From NCBI GenBank assembly GCA_963575745.1, contig CAUYUJ010000259.1:124001-188000 (forward strand): a DNA stretch of 64,000 bases, in the 5' to 3' direction. A model generated the notes under the pieces. That model saw only the letters and a program-made list of their open reading frames with translations, had not been told where the DNA came from and made no database searches. Positions 36,331 to 50,330 of the stretch are shown in pieces. The position numbers and the translations under genes are program-made. The number at the start of each line of letters is the position of its first letter. The stretch's first letter is position 1. The DNA is from Prorocentrum cordatum (lineage: Eukaryota).

Positions 36331-37542
36331 TTCAGGGTCTTCAAGCGGTTGTCTCCAAGCGAGGCAGTTCGCTCAGTGGAAATGAACCCGTGCAGGGGTC
36401 TATGAAGAGGAAGCTCGGAGGGTGGGTTTATTTGAACATCATTGATAAGTCTTGGGTTTACACTGGTCCTTCTCGTCCTCCTCATCCTCCTTCCTCTCTT
36501 CGCTCCTCCTCTCCCTCCTTCGTCCTCCTCCCCCTCGCTCCTCCTCTCCCTCCCTTGTGATTTTCCCCCGTGCTCCTCCTCGCCCCTTCCTTCTTCCTCC
36601 TTCCTCATTCCTCCCTCCCTCCGCCTTCCTTGACTCTGGCTTCTTCTCCCCTCGCATCTCCCGCGCCCCCCCCCGCAGGAGTGAGACCCTGCCGCGGCCC
36701 CCACCCGCATCCGCGAGGCTGGCCGGCTGCCGCGCGGTCGTCGCCGATCGACGTCCGACAACGCCGACGCGGAACGACGAGCGACGGCGCCGACCACGCA
36801 CGCAGGTCGGAGGCAACGACAGGGGCGAATAGCAAAGGGGGGAGCAATACATGTATCCGGGGTCCGGGGGCGCCGATGATCTATGTCTTCGACAAGGCTC
36901 CCGGACGAATATGCGTAACGCCTGCCCCTCCGCTATTGGCCCCTATCGTCGCCCCCGAGCAGGGCCGCCTACGATCCGATTCGATGCGATTCGATTCGCA
37001 AGTTAGGGCTGCGATCCCGATTCGATTCGATTCGGCTCGATGCATCAGCCTTGGGCCAGCCAGAGCGACGGCACCGACCACGACGACGCCGCCGACGATC
37101 TCGGGAGAAGAGACAGAATCAGCATATACTTCTAGCGCTCCGCGCGGATTTCCTGGATCCGCGTTGTGGCCCCCCCGGGCGCGCGGAGCGCAGAGCGCGC
37201 CTCGGGTGGCCACGGCCCCTGGCGCGCCAGGGAGGGGGGGGTGCAGCGCAGATCCGGGAACTCCGCGCGGAGCCCCAAGAGATCCTCTTGATGGCTTTGT
37301 TTCTTCTTCTGGACGAGCGACGTCGCCGACCTCGACGCATCCCGGAGATCCGACGCTCCGAACAGAAAGTGGAGCGGTCGGTTCTTGGCCGTTGTCGGCC
37401 TCTGGAGGCCCTCGCCCAGCCTCGGGGCCGTCAAACAAGGACTCGGGACGAAAGTGCGGCCCGATTGGAGTGGCCCAGACTTCCGGGGCTCACGCATCGG
37501 CAGAATTGGCTGGCTACGCGCAGAGGGGGGTCAGGGGGAGCA

Positions 37543-37652
37543 GGGGGAAGGCTTCTTAGAAGCACCCCTGCTTCTTAGAAGGCGCGGGCCCTGTCTGTAG
37601 ACATCAGGCAGGTGCCCTCTAAGAAGCAGTCTCCTTCTAAGAAGCCTTCCCC
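37543..37652. mobile_element. Small MITE-like element (TIR GGGGAAGGCTTCTTAGAAG)
   Basis: Inverted ends GGGGAAGGCTTCTTAGAAG / CTTCTAAGAAGCCTTCCCC; related copy at ~15410-15515 and a half copy at ~38388-38430. Confidence 0.7.
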
Positions 37653-39618
37653 CCTTCCCCCATCCCCCTCTGCGCGCCGCCAAATTGAAGCGGCGCCAGA
37701 CATGCGACTTCCTGATTTTTTCAGGACGGCGTTCCTGGAAGTCTCGACCCTTTCCCTGGGACCGGTTTCTCGTCCCGAGTCCCGGCGAGGCCCACCCGGG
37801 GCCGAAAATAGCCAAAATGTTCCCATCCTGGGGCTGGATGCTTGGCAACGGTCGACGATTGGCAACCGTCCGCGCCGACGACGGCGAGGGCCACGACTGC
37901 GAGGACGCCGACGAAGGCGACGACGACGCCGAGCAGGCGGGCGGCAGCCGGGCGCGCGCCCTCCGCTCCAGGGGGGGCGGGCGCGCCGCGGGGTGTGGGC
38001 GCCGCCGCGCCCGGAGGCGAGCAGGGCGTGCAGGACGGGGCCGCCCTGCGAGGAGGAGGAGGAGGAGGAGGAGCTGGAGGAGGGGGAGGAGGAAACGGAG
38101 GAACAGGAGGAGGAGGGGGAAATGGAGGAGGAGGAGGAAGTGGAGGAGGAGGAGGAGGAAATGGAGGAGGAGGAGGGGGAGGAAGAGGAAATGGAAAAGT
38201 AGGCGAAGGAGGAGGAACTGTAGGAGGAGGAGGAGGAAATGAAGGAGGAGGAGGATGGAACGTCGAGGAGAGGGAGGAGGATGATGTGAAATGGAGGAGA
38301 AGGAGGAGGAGGATGAGGAAGTGTAGGAGGAGAAGGAGGAGGACGAAATGGAGGAGGAGGAGGAGGAAATGGACGAGGATGTATAGCCAGCGCCTTCTAA
38401 GAGGCAGCCTCCTTGTGAGAAGCCTTCCCCACTTCCTCCACCCCTGTGCGCGGGCCCCAACGTTTGCGGGAACTCAATCCCCCGCTTTCGCCGCCCGCGT
38501 CGCGCCCCGCCCGCGCGGCCGCCCTCAGCGCGCCGCCTGGCGGAAACACGGAAGAGAAACATCGCGGCGATCGTGTTCTCATTCTTCGGTTCGCCGATCG
38601 GCGCGGGCCCTCGCACCCCCCTTCTCAGGGCGCTTTCCGACTCCTCCGGGCCGATTCGAAACGATTTCCCAGGATTTCCGTGGGGGTGGGGAGAAGGCTT
38701 CTCCCCAACCCCACGGAGTAGATCTCGGCTGGTTTTGGCGCCTGTCTCGAACCTGTGTGGTCTCCCCCCACGGCGCAGGGTTGCAGACAGACGCACTGAG
38801 CAGTCTGGAGCTAGACCCCCCCCTTCCCCCCTTCCCGCCCAGTGTCGAAACGCAGAAAAATGTAGGGGAACAACAAGTGGCATAAACAACACAACTCGGA
38901 GGTCCGCGCGGATTTCTCGGATCGGCGCTGGACCCCCTTCCCTGGCGCGCGGAGCGCGCTAGGGGCGGCGCCAGAGGAGGGCCCCAGCGCCGATCCGAGA
39001 CATCCGCGCGCACCTCCGAGTTTTTATGCTCATGCCACTTTTTGTTCCCCTAAAATGCGGGAAGCGCGTCCTGAGGGAAACATGCCTGGAGATTTTCCTC
39101 GCCGTCTTGGTGTTCTTTGGGGCCCTCCACGGGCCCCTCGGACTGTCCGAGAACGATTCGTGATGAGAAGCTCGTCTTGGAGGAAGGCACCAGAGTCCAG
39201 GTGGAGGGTTCCTCCGAAGGGCTGAGGCGACCCGTGGTCCTTTTCCTCCTCCTCCTCCTCCTCCTCCTCCTCTTTCCTCCTCCTCCCTTCTCCCTCCTCC
39301 TCCTCCTCCTCCTCCGCCTCCGCCTCCGCCTCCTCCTCCTTCTCCTCCTCCCTCCTCCCTCCTCCCTCCTCCCTCCTCCTCCTCCTCCTCCTCCTCCTCC
39401 TCCTCCTCCTCCTCCTCCTCCTCCCTGGGGGAAGCCGTGCACTTGGAGGAAGGCGCTGGCGTCCAGGACCGGCCTCCCCCAGGTGCACGCTTCCCCCATG
39501 CCAGAAGCACCGCTCCAGGGTCTTTTGGGTGCCATGCTGCCCCGTGGACCCCGGCGTTGTACAGAGGGGCACCCCGCGAGCGGCAGCACGTGGGTTCTGG
39601 TGACTGCCCCCCTACTTT

Positions 39619-39784
39619 TCAGTCGGGCCTGTCCTGTTACAGGAGGAAACTTTTAAAACAGTTGTTTGTTTAGACAAGAGTCAGGGGACGACTTGTCCAC
39701 TACGTTTGGGCCATTGGGAGCCTGTTTTGACAATTTTGCATTTTTCGTCCAAAAGCTGAATGTAGGAGGACACGCCCGACCTAA
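39619..39784. mobile_element. Intact ~165-bp GTCGGG-TIR MITE
   Basis: AGTCGGGCCTGTCC...GGACACGCCCGACCTAA with an AT-rich interior. Confidence 0.75.
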
Positions 39785-40764
39785 CCCTACTTCGGGACAT
39801 CTGTGCCAGATTGAGGAAGCTTCTCGGAGGCGCGCGCGTGTCTGTGTGTTTGTGTGTCTTTGTGTGTGTGTGTGCGTGCGTGTTTGTTTGTTTGTGTGTG
39901 TGTGTGCGCTTGTGTGTGTGCTTGTGTGTCTGTGTGTGCGCGGACGACGCGGGGGTGGCGATGAGGGAATTCGTTGTTCCGTCTGGACTCTGGGGGGTCT
40001 TCTGTGCTGTACGTGTTCTTGCTGGCCTCATGCATTAGTTCCGTACATGTTGTTGCACCTGTATCTGAAGTTGTTTCGGAGAAGCTCAACAATCGCGTCC
40101 AATTTTTCGTGAGAACCCATGTTGCCAAATTGATTGAGATCCCGAGTGTCGAGCTTTGTGGGTCGGCCCAGCAGCAAGTCGTGAGATGATGTGGCGTCGT
40201 ATTTTCTGTGAGTGAGTGGCCGTTCGTGTCCAGTCTGTTGCTTGTTGTTTGTCTCTTGCGCTCTGCGAGCAGCACCATCACGAAGTGGCGCTCCTTGTGG
40301 GGCAGCTTGCAGGCTTGCGAGGACCCACACGCCCATGTTCGAATGGCTGAGGCAGCGTTGGGCTCTCTTTACTGGCAGGATCATGCCTTTGTTCAGGAGC
40401 TCGCTATGGTTTCCGAGGTTTTCGTTGATTGACCGCGCCCCAGAGACCCTCTTGAAACAGGCTCGAGCTGCTGTCGGCGAGGCGCTGGCTGCCGACCCCG
40501 CGGCTCCCGTGCAGGGGACGATCTCGCGCACCCTCGAGGTTCATCTGATCAGAGATAACTGTTCGGCCCTCATTCTCAAACGCCTTGAAAAGTTGACCTT
40601 CCGACCCTTGTCTGTGCATGCCAAAGCGGGATGCAGCTGGCTGGGACGCCATGTGTGTGTGTGTGTTCTTCGGCACCGCCTGTTTTCTGAGCCCTCCGGC
40701 CGCCTGAGGCCCCGCCCGCCCGCGCCCTGTCTCCCCAATTAGGGCTACCCGCGTCCCGTTTAGC

Positions 40765-40816
<52 letters not shown>

Positions 40817-40820
40817 TGTG

Positions 40821-40870
<50 letters not shown>

Positions 40871-42192
40871 GGCCCCCCCCTTCCTCACGCGCGGCAGGCC
40901 TCGATCCTGAAAGCTCTGGTGAGTGCGTGTGTGTGTGTGTGTATGTGTGTGTATGTGTGTGTGTGTGTGTGTGCGCGGGGGCGGGGCTGCGGGGGGGGGG
41001 CCCAGGAGGGGAAGACAGAACGGTGGGTTTCCCAGGTGGATCAGGCTTGCAACTTCGGGCACTCCGGCGAAACTGATCCCCAGTCACAGCACACGTCTTG
41101 CGCCCACTTGTGGGGGGGCGGCGCAGGTTGTGTGGATCCCGTCCACTCCGACCTGTCTAGGCCTCCCATGTGGGGTCAGAGTTGATGATGGCGGAGGATC
41201 CCGCCGACGCCACCGATGCATCGCCAGCGGCGATGCACTGGCGACGTTTCGTCGATACGGCGCGGTCCTCAGATCCCATCTACTCGGACCCCATCTAGGA
41301 AGTCCCTTGAGGAGGAGATGTAGGGGGAGGAGGAGGAGAAGGAGGAGGAGACCCATTGATGTTGAAGTACACCCTTCCTCCAAGCTTCCTCTTCACAGGC
41401 ACTAGGATGCATCATTTGCACTGTGGAAGTGCCCCGTTCGGGGACAATCCGTGTCAAAATCCAGACGTGTGCCAAAACACCGTCCTCAGCATTTCAACGC
41501 CGCGAATCAACCTGATTGTGGCGCCTTGACGACACTGTACCGTGCCAGAACACCATTCCTGGGATTTCAACGCCGCACATCAACGTAACTGTTGGGTCGC
41601 GGCAGTCCTGAACCGTTTTGAAATACCGTTTCTGGCACGTTAGCCGTGGTTCCACAAATCATTCATACAATTTGTAGAAGGGAATGTGCACGACGCTAAC
41701 GCGAGAATCCAATTTTGAAAAGGAACCGCCGGAAATCCGTGAAGCACTTGCAGTTCTGAAAACGAATGTGCGCGGCGTTAGAGCAACATTTCAAACACAC
41801 CCGCCCTCAATCCGTGAAACTCTTGCAAGTTGTTGGAACGAATGTGCGCGGCGCGTAGGCGAGAGCAACAGTTTGAACATGCCGCCCAAAATCCGTGAAT
41901 TTGTGAAACAATATGCAAGCGAACGTACGCAGCACTAAGGCTGGAACCACATTTTGAGAACTACTCGCTCTGAACTCGTGGGTCGCTGGCATTTTTTGGA
42001 AACGAATGCACGCGGCGCAAAGGTGGGAACCACATTTTGATAGCGACCCGCCCTCCATTTGTGAAACTGTTGTCAGCTTGTATGCGTCAGGCCCCTGAGT
42101 GGTAAGGAAGTCTCGGGCGAAGCACCCGGCCCGCCTTTCCGACTGGCCTCGGGATGCGGCAGGGAGGGGTTATCCATATGGAACAGGAGTGA

Positions 42193-42226
<34 letters not shown>

Positions 42227-42529
42227 GGTGAAGGAGGAGCGGGGAGGAGGAGGGGGAGGAGGGAGGAGGAGGAGGAGGAGGAGGAGGAGGAGGAGGAGGA
42301 GGAGGAGGAGGAGGAGGGGGGAGGAGGGAGCCAGCACGCGGACGGTCGACGGTCCTCCCCCATCCCCCCCAAAGGCGCTTCCCCCTTTCTCCCCCCCCCC
42401 TCAGCCCCCCTGTCCTCTCTATTTCCCCCCTCCTGCGCCCTCCTCCTCCTCCTCCTCCTCCTCCTCCTCCCCTCCTCCTCCTCCTCCTCCTCCTCCTCCT
42501 CCTCCCCCCTCCTCCCCGCTCCTCCTTCA

Positions 42530-42562
<33 letters not shown>

Positions 42563-42924
42563 TCACCTCCTCCTCCTCCACCCCCCCTCCGACCCTTCCC
42601 CCCCATCCGTCCCCCCTCCGCCCGCGGCGACGACCGACCGACCGACCGACCGACGACGACCAGCGACGGCGAGTGACGAAGGCGGCGGACCGTCGACGGC
42701 GGACGACCGTCGACGCACGACCGCCGACCGACGGCCGACCACCCACGGCCGACGGCCGACGACGAGCCCCCGCCCCCGAGGAGGACCGACGGCCAGCACG
42801 GGGTGGGGGGCGCCGCTGCCGGCGCGCGTCTCGCGGGCCCCCGCCACGGCGCGCTTCGCGGGCTGCCCGCGACGAGCGGGCCGCGCGAGGCCCGCAGGGA
42901 GCGAGGAGCGAGGGCGGAGGCGAG

Positions 42925-43230
42925 TATCGAGGATCGAGGACAGGGGATGGAGCATGGAGGATCGAGGATCGGGGATCGGATCGAGGACCGAGGATCTGGG
43001 ATCGGGGATCGAGCAGGGAGGATCGAGGATCGGGGATCGATCGAGTATGGAGGATCGAGGATCTGGGATCGAGGACATAGGATGGAGTATGAAGGATCGA
43101 GGATCCGGGATCGAGTATGGAGGATCGAGGTTCGGGGATTTGGGACCGAGGATAGTGGAAGGAGGATGGAGGATCAGGGATCGAGGATGTAGGATGGAGG
43201 ATCGAGGATCGGGAATCCAGGATGGAGGAT
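42925..43230. repeat. 7-bp (GGATCGA)n-like repeat
   Basis: Degenerate GGATCGA/GGATGGA tandem array. Confidence 0.9.
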
Positions 43231-44220
43231 CTGCTGCAGAATCCTGCATTTTGATGTACATCTTCGGTGTGAAGACAAGGGTCCGCTTTCGTCGCGTATG
43301 GACACTGACGCTGGATGGAGGGGCTACCGACCTGACTGTTCGCGATGTGACATGCGAAGTGAACGTGGGGTTCACCACGCATTTGGTTTCGGCATGCTTG
43401 GTTGCCAGATCGCTCCACATGTCGCTTGCGTTTGAATTATCTCTGGGCTTGGACGCGCCCGAGCTGGATTGCAACACTCGGTAGCAATCGACGCGGTGCT
43501 TTGGCGAGGGCACGGGGTCGGCTTCTCGCGCGCGGCCCCGATTCCAGTGGGATCGCAACATTTCAGGAAAGCGAGGATCAATCCGTGCGATTGGCCGAGG
43601 GGGATGCGTGAAACGTGTGTGGAAATATTTCTCGCGCCGCGCTTTAGTAAGAGCGGCAGGTTGCTGTCCCCGTCATGCCTTTAGCAACGCCCACGAAGGA
43701 ACGTCAATGTTGAGAAGGCCGACAACTATTTGTATTGATGGTTGATCGGTAGAGTTGAGGGGTCCCGTTTTGTTTCTGTTATGGCGACACCGAGCTAGAT
43801 GATATGATAATGCTCGCCCAAAGCGCGATAGGAGGGGGGTGGGCGGAGGAGGAGGGGGACAGGGGCAGAGGGAGTGGGGGAGGAGGAGGAGGAGGAGGAG
43901 GAGGAGGAGGAGGAGGAGGAGGAGGAGGAGGAGGAGGAAGAGGGTGAAACGGAACCCTGTTTGGAGTTTGTCTAGGTGGAAGAGGCGGAGCAGGTGGAAG
44001 ACAAGAAAATCATGATGTCGTCGCTCCACTCCTTCCATCCTTCATCCTCCCCCTTCCGCTGCCTACGCCTCTGTCTCCTTGTCCAGGTCCTTCACCTTCC
44101 TAATCCGCCTCCCCTCCTCGATCTGCTTTTCCTCCTCGTCCCCATGACCCTCCTCCTCCTCCTCCTCCTCTTCCTCTTTCTCTTTTTTGCCGTCATCGTC
44201 ATCAGCAGCAGCATCATCAC

Positions 44221-44287
<67 letters not shown>

Positions 44288-44759
44288 GCCAGTCTATTCT
44301 TGTTATGTTGTCTCTCATTCGTGATACTCTTAATTTTCATATTTGTCTTCATCTCCTCCACCTCATCATCATCTGCATCACCATCCGCAGCCATAATTTT
44401 TCAAGGCCGATGAGGGTTCCAGTGGCCGCGGTTTTCCTGGGCGTTCCGAGGTGCAGGACCGCTCTGACGCCGAAGGCCGAACCTTTTTGGACCTTTCGGG
44501 GATATTGAAATCCCGGCTTCTTCCCACACCCTAAATATTGTCAGGTGGAACGCGACCATGGCTTCGATTTCTCTTGTCTTCGCGGTTGTGACGGCTTTGG
44601 CGGTGGCTGCACCTGTGGCGGCAACCAGCACGGTGGAACACGGAGTTTTTTTAGCGACGGTTACTTTAGGTTCAGCTTTCCCCGTGGCGTCTCGACAGCT
44701 ACGGCAACAGCAGTGGACGTTTGCTGATCAGACCCAGGAGCTAGGGTCAAGTGATCAGC

Positions 44760-46460
44760 GGCGGTGGAATTACTGCCGACCGCCAGAGCGCCAAGTGCGG
44801 CAAGTGGTTCCGGACTGATCAATTGGCAAGAGCAGGCTACGAGTGCAAGTGCGGCGGCAAAGAGCGGGAACCAAATCGCCAGTGGAAATTCAGCCTGGCC
44901 TCCACGGCGAAACTACGAGAAGGACTTCAAAACCCATGGCACCTCCACCTTGGCTTTCGAACTGGTGGTGCTGCTCGAAAAGGGAATGGCAAGAACCGCG
45001 CCGAGGAGTTTTTTCAACAGCGTGGCACCGACGCCTGCAGGAGGTGGATCTCATCAACCAGCCCTGGGCTCGCGAGCAGCACGTCGAGCAGTTGAGGTCG
45101 CAGCGCAGAAGTCCGCGTGCGAGCAGCAGGAGCCATGCCGTCGGCGAGTGTGATTTCGCTCAGAACGCGAGCAGGCGGAGAAGGACTTCATGGTCCGCTC
45201 GGTGCAGGTTTCTCACGCAAGGGGTTGCGTCAAGGTGGAGCTGCGGCGACGCCTTCTCGGGTTTCAACCGTCGCGCCAAGGAGGGGTTGGGGGCGTGCCC
45301 GCGCTGCCTATCGCGGCGATGCTCTGCGACTGCGACCTGGAGATGGACGTGGAGGGGTTGGGCCCAGGGGCCTTGAGGATGGGCGGCTTGGGCCACTGCG
45401 AGGGCGCCGCGGCGGCGGGGCCGCGGCCTAGGAGGCTATTGCATCAGCAGCGGAGACGCTCGAAGGACGTGTGTCTGCGCAGCAGGGAATGTCGAGGGGG
45501 CCTCCAAACCGCGAGGAGAAGCAGGAGTGCCGGCAGGGGGGGCGGCGCCTGGCGCGGCGGCATCTTCGGCGATCCGGATTGCGACTGCCGGGGCGCAGGC
45601 GATGGTCAGCAACGCGAGTTAGGAGGGGGATGAGGAGTTGCAGAATGAGAATGACGTTACGGCGGCAGCCGTGCCTGCGGCGCGAGCGAAGGGCGGCGGC
45701 CCCAACGGGAACCAACCGCGAGGAGGGCTACCGCGCCATCTTCGCGCAGAGCATTTCGACGCGGGGCCCGGGGTCCGAGGGGGGGCTCGACGACCTGAAG
45801 GACGGCGGAGTTATATTCCCAGAAACGCACGTGGGCAGCTCGGGCAGCATAGAGATCCTGCAGCTCATGGGCATGCGAGTCTGCAAGGCTGTAGTGACGC
45901 CAGCCGAATAGGACAAGCGCAGTGAGCTCGCGCGAGAGGTCGTCGCTGCGAGCAGGTCGCACTTCGCGGCGACGAGCCCGAGGCGCATGGCGGCCGAGCA
46001 GTCGCATGTGTCGTGGCTGCGACAGTTGGACAGCGACTGGAAAGTTGGGCCCGTCGACTTCTGACCTGGCGGTGCTCAACTGGGCGTGGAAGGGCTGGCG
46101 GTGATGATCATGGGCGCATGCTTCGCATCGTTCATCGGTTTGTGGGGCGAGAAATTGTAGAAGAGAAAGACGAACGTGCCGAGGGTGGCATCGATGGCGC
46201 GGGGTCGCGGAAGGGCCACTGGCAGTGATTGGCGATAGGAACGTGAAGCCGCTCCAGTTGAAAAGGGGCCGGGTGGTTCGTGAATTCCATCGCGGAGGCG
46301 CGCGCGCCAGCAGGCATTTTGCGCGCCTGCGCGCGGGGCCGGGCGAGGGTGCTTGACAGCGCGGTGCTCTCGAAGTCGTTCCCGATCTTGCGGGGCGCGT
46401 CTGCGTGGGTCAAGTGGGCCCAGGAGATCGCTGCGGAGTTCGAATACATTTACGAGGAGA
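44760..46460 (+). pseudogene. Heavily decayed second LINE-like remnant (Cys-containing ORF1 start plus endonuclease)
   Basis: KCGKWFRTDQLARAGYECKCGG; YRAIFAQSIST...VIFPETH (~45729-45830); PLAVIGDRNVKP (46216-46251, GDWN-like). No RT core recognisable. Confidence 0.55.
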
Positions 46461-48879
46461 CGCAGAGGCAGCAGCGCTGGGGGCGCCCCGCGCGCCGACG
46501 CCGCCCCCTGCCAAACGCGCCCGCGCGGGCGACCGACCCCGCCGGCAGGCGGGTTTGGTCGCGGGAAGAAGCGAGGGGCGAACGGGCCTTGAGGGGGGCG
46601 GGGGTGGCGGCCGGGCCATCTGAGCCCCCCTCCTTCAAGGGCCAGAGTTGGGAGTGCGCGAGGTCAGGTGCCAAGAATTCCCCGGGGTCGGCGCGGGGCA
46701 TGCCGACGCGGGGGGCTGATTTGGCGACCGCGAGACAAGCGGCGACGAGGGGGGGGGAGGGCGACTGCGAGGGGCCCGGGGCACGGGCGCCGCCCGTGGC
46801 GGAGGGGGGCCCGACGAGCTCCTCGGCCTGAGCGGGGGCGAGAGGGGCGCGCCGCGGGAGATGGAGCTCGGGGCTGCGGCGAAAGAGGGCGGCGAAGCGT
46901 GGCGTTCGCCACCGCGGCGCGCGCAGAACGCGGCGGCGTGTCACTTCGACGACGTCGCGCCCAGGGGGCCCAGCAGCTGGCGCGGCAGCTGGGCACGAGC
47001 GGTGGAACAGATCGAGTTGGAGGGCGGTCGGCGCGATCGCTGGCGCGGCGAGCGCTTGAACTCCAGCCCCGCCGCTTCCACGTTGGGGGCGGGCGTCGGG
47101 GCCGACTGGGGCGAGCCCTCCAGATGGCGGGGCTCGGCCACCCCTGCTGCCGCAGGCGCTGCGGCGCGAGGGCGAGGGGGCGCAGGCGTCCGAGCTGGAG
47201 AGCCCGCGCAAGGGCATCGTCGGCGCGATGCCAACTGGCGGCGTCGTCCAGCTTGCGGCGCAGCAAAGCGGAAGTGGACGCCAGCGCTCGGCGAGATCAA
47301 TGCCGTGGGCAGCGCGCAGCGGCGGCAGTTGGGCGCGGAGGTGGCGGGGGTGCCCGTCAGGCGCGTGATGGGCAGGGAAGTTCTATCGGGGGGCGAAGGC
47401 CTGCCGAGACGCGACAACGAGATTCGCATACATTGCAAGGGGGCACGCGGCGTGCTCCAATGCATTGGCGAAGCGTCGGCGCAATAGAGGAAGGAGTGGG
47501 CGAGCTCGACGCCGAGGGCGGATCTGCTCGGCGCTCGCGACCTCTGGATGGGGGGTGGCCATGGAGGAGGACTGGAGCGTTCATCGCCACAGAGGCGCTG
47601 GGCCGCGCCACCGACGCGGCGGCGAGGAGCACGGCGAAGGGAGTGGAGCTGATATAGGCGCTGGCATTTTCAGTGATTACCAGTTAACGCGCGCGATGAG
47701 CTGATGCAGCTGACTGAGAGCGCCGAGCACGTGGGCACCAGGTCTTGGCAGCAGCTCATCACGCTGGTGATTTTGTCGAGGAAGGGCGCTGGAGGGTCCT
47801 GGTTCGAGCCTCGTTCACGGGCCGCGCCGCGCCTCGGCCGCAAATAAGCATAATCGAAAAGATCGTCTTCATGACCATCGCCATCATCACCATCATCATC
47901 ATTTGCATGGTCACCAGTATCAGTATATGCATCGCCATCGTCTTCGTCATAGTCGTCATCTCCATGCCATCTTCACCAGAATCCTCATCTTCATGGGCAT
48001 CTTTTTCGCCGTCACCAGCCTATTCTTTTGCTAAACATCACCATGCCCCGCGCCACCGTCATCATCCCACCCGTTTTCCTGCCCCTTGCGGCTGGTTGCT
48101 CCGCTCTTTTGCTCGTCCCTTCCCCTTGGTGTTCCGCTGCCGATCCGCCTGTCCTGTTCCCCCATACGTGTTTTTCTTATTTTAGCAAGTTGCTTTAATC
48201 GGATATAAAAATCGTTGTTAAGATTATGAATGGTAATAAAATGCCAACGAGGATCAATCAACGTGTTCCGGCCTATGGGGCCCAAGAATGCACACTTCCA
48301 CCGCTTCCCTCCCCCCCCTTTTTCTTAGATCAGAAGGAAGCGAAACAGGAGGCGGCGGGAAAAGGCGGAAAGGGGGGCGAAGGTGGTGGTGGTGAGCATC
48401 TTTGGGGCCCGCGCTTCCTTGAAGCCCCGACCGTTTTCCCAGGGCTGGTGTTTCACCCCGGGTCGTGTTTTTTTTGAGTGGCCCCCGTTCCCGGTGAGGC
48501 CCCCTGGAGGCGGAACAAGGGCAAAAGGCACGCGGTCCCTGGCCGCGAATGGGCTGTTCCCCAATCCAGATTTGCAGGGGCGTCACGAAGACAGGGAGAG
48601 TCCCCGTTGGCCGACGCGTCGTTTTTCCACGTCGCCGACAAGCTGTTGTCCCATGTTTGTCGGACGGATCCACCGTTAAGTCGGACATGTCCCTCTACAG
48701 GAGGTGTATTCGAGAATCGTTAAAAGTACTTGGCACCCCGCAGATGCGGATAACAGTGAAGGGGTGGAGGGGACGTCGGCAGTGTACGAGACTCTCGGAG
48801 AAACCCGCCGCAGGCGCCACAATTTCACAAATTATGCAACGAGCTCGCCGCAGGCGCCGACTTTTTCGTTGAGTCAATG

Positions 48880-49468
48880 TGGGTTGGTCGCGGGTGGGTC
48901 GCTGTTGGGTCGCGGGTGGGTCGCGGGTGTAGAGGTTAGAAAGACCATTCCAGAATAACCACCCCGACAAGCGAAGCCGTTTAGAAAACGCACACAAGGA
49001 ATGGATCGAACAGGGCATGGGTTTTTAGTCAACGCCAAGGGCCGTTATAGCAAACGCCAATTGTCGGGTCCGGGTGGTTTTTCGTCCCTTGAGGGTGGGT
49101 CGCGGGGTGGGTCGCAGGTAGGTCGTTGGTGGGTCGCGGATGGGTCGCGCATTGGTCGCGGGGCACGTCGCGGGTGGGTCGCGGGGTGGGTCGCTGGTGG
49201 GTCGCGGGTAGGTCGCCGGTGGGTCGGTGGGTGGGTCGCGGGTGGGTCGCGGGGTGGGTCGCGGTTGGGTCGCGGGTGGGTCGCGGGGTTGGGTCGCGGG
49301 GTGGGTCGCGGGGTGGGTCGCGGAGTGGGTCGCCGGTGGGTCGGTGGGTGGGTCGCGGGTGGGTCGCGGGGTGGGTCGCGGGTGGGTCGCGGGTGGGTCG
49401 CGGGGTTGGGTCGCGGGGTGGGTCGCGGGGTGGGTCGCGGAGTGGGTCGCCGGTGGGTCGCGGGTGGA
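48880..49468. repeat. GGGTCGCGGGT 11-12-bp minisatellite
   Basis: Tandem array mainly at 49095-49468, with a short run at 48880-48928. Confidence 0.95.
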
Positions 49469-49909
49469 ACGACGACAACAAACAACAACATCAACAACAG
49501 CAATCATTTTAAAATTGTTCGCTCCTATCTGCTCACGTGCTAGTTAATGCGTATGACACAATAACTCGGTACCCGCCCTCGTCGTCTTCGATCGCACCCC
49601 CTTGGGGGTATACCTTCCTTACCTGCCATGCGTCTTCAGCCCCTAAAACAAGGGAAGAGAGGACGGGTGGAAGGGGAAGGGATAGTAATGGAGCACGAAA
49701 GAAATTAGCAGGAGGGGGGTAAGGAGCAGAACACAAGTGGTAGAAACAGACGGGCAGATCGTGTGGACAGACCCATAGCGGGTATGTCGGGCAGGCGGGC
49801 CCAGGCGACGAGGTCGAACAGGCGGGTTGCTGAAACGTGGGTCCTGCATGAATCGCGATGAAGGCTCGAGCGATCGCACAATTCTTGAGTAAATAGTGAG
49901 AGAAGCCAG

Positions 49910-50330
49910 CGTGGGCCACGAAAGGCATACAATCCGAGGCCACAGAGAGCAGCGACGGGGCCGCTGAGGGCAGCACTGTGGCCACGAAGGGCAGCGAGGG
50001 GGCCACAAAGGGCGACAGCGGGACCACGAAGGGCATGCATATGGGACCACGACGGGCGTGAGCGAGCGGGGGCCACGAAGGGCATTCTTATACGGGGCCG
50101 TAAAGGCGACAGCGCGGGGCCACTGAGGGCAGCCAAGGGGCCACGAAGGGCAGCGACGGGGCCACGAACGGCGACAGCGGGGCTACGAAGGGCATGCGTA
50201 TGGGGCCACGACGGGCGCGTGCGAGCTGGGGCCACGAAGGGCATATAATGCAGGGCTACGAAGGGCAGCGACGGAGCGACTGAGGGCAGCAACGGGGCTA
50301 CGAAGGCGAGCGAAGGCGACCGCGGAACCA
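49910..50330. repeat. ~20-bp minisatellite GGGGCCACGAAGGGCAGCGA
   Basis: Degenerate tandem copies. Confidence 0.9.

Noticed and set aside
40060..40630. Possible 3' fragment of a LINE ORF2
   Set aside because: Coding-like but fragmented, with no diagnostic motif.
37531..43561. Long Glu/Gly/Arg/Pro-rich ORFs (e.g. 37531..38892, 42099..43484)
   Set aside because: Built from GAG/CCT and GGATCGA repeats; the unique tail at 43230-43484 has no motif I recognise.
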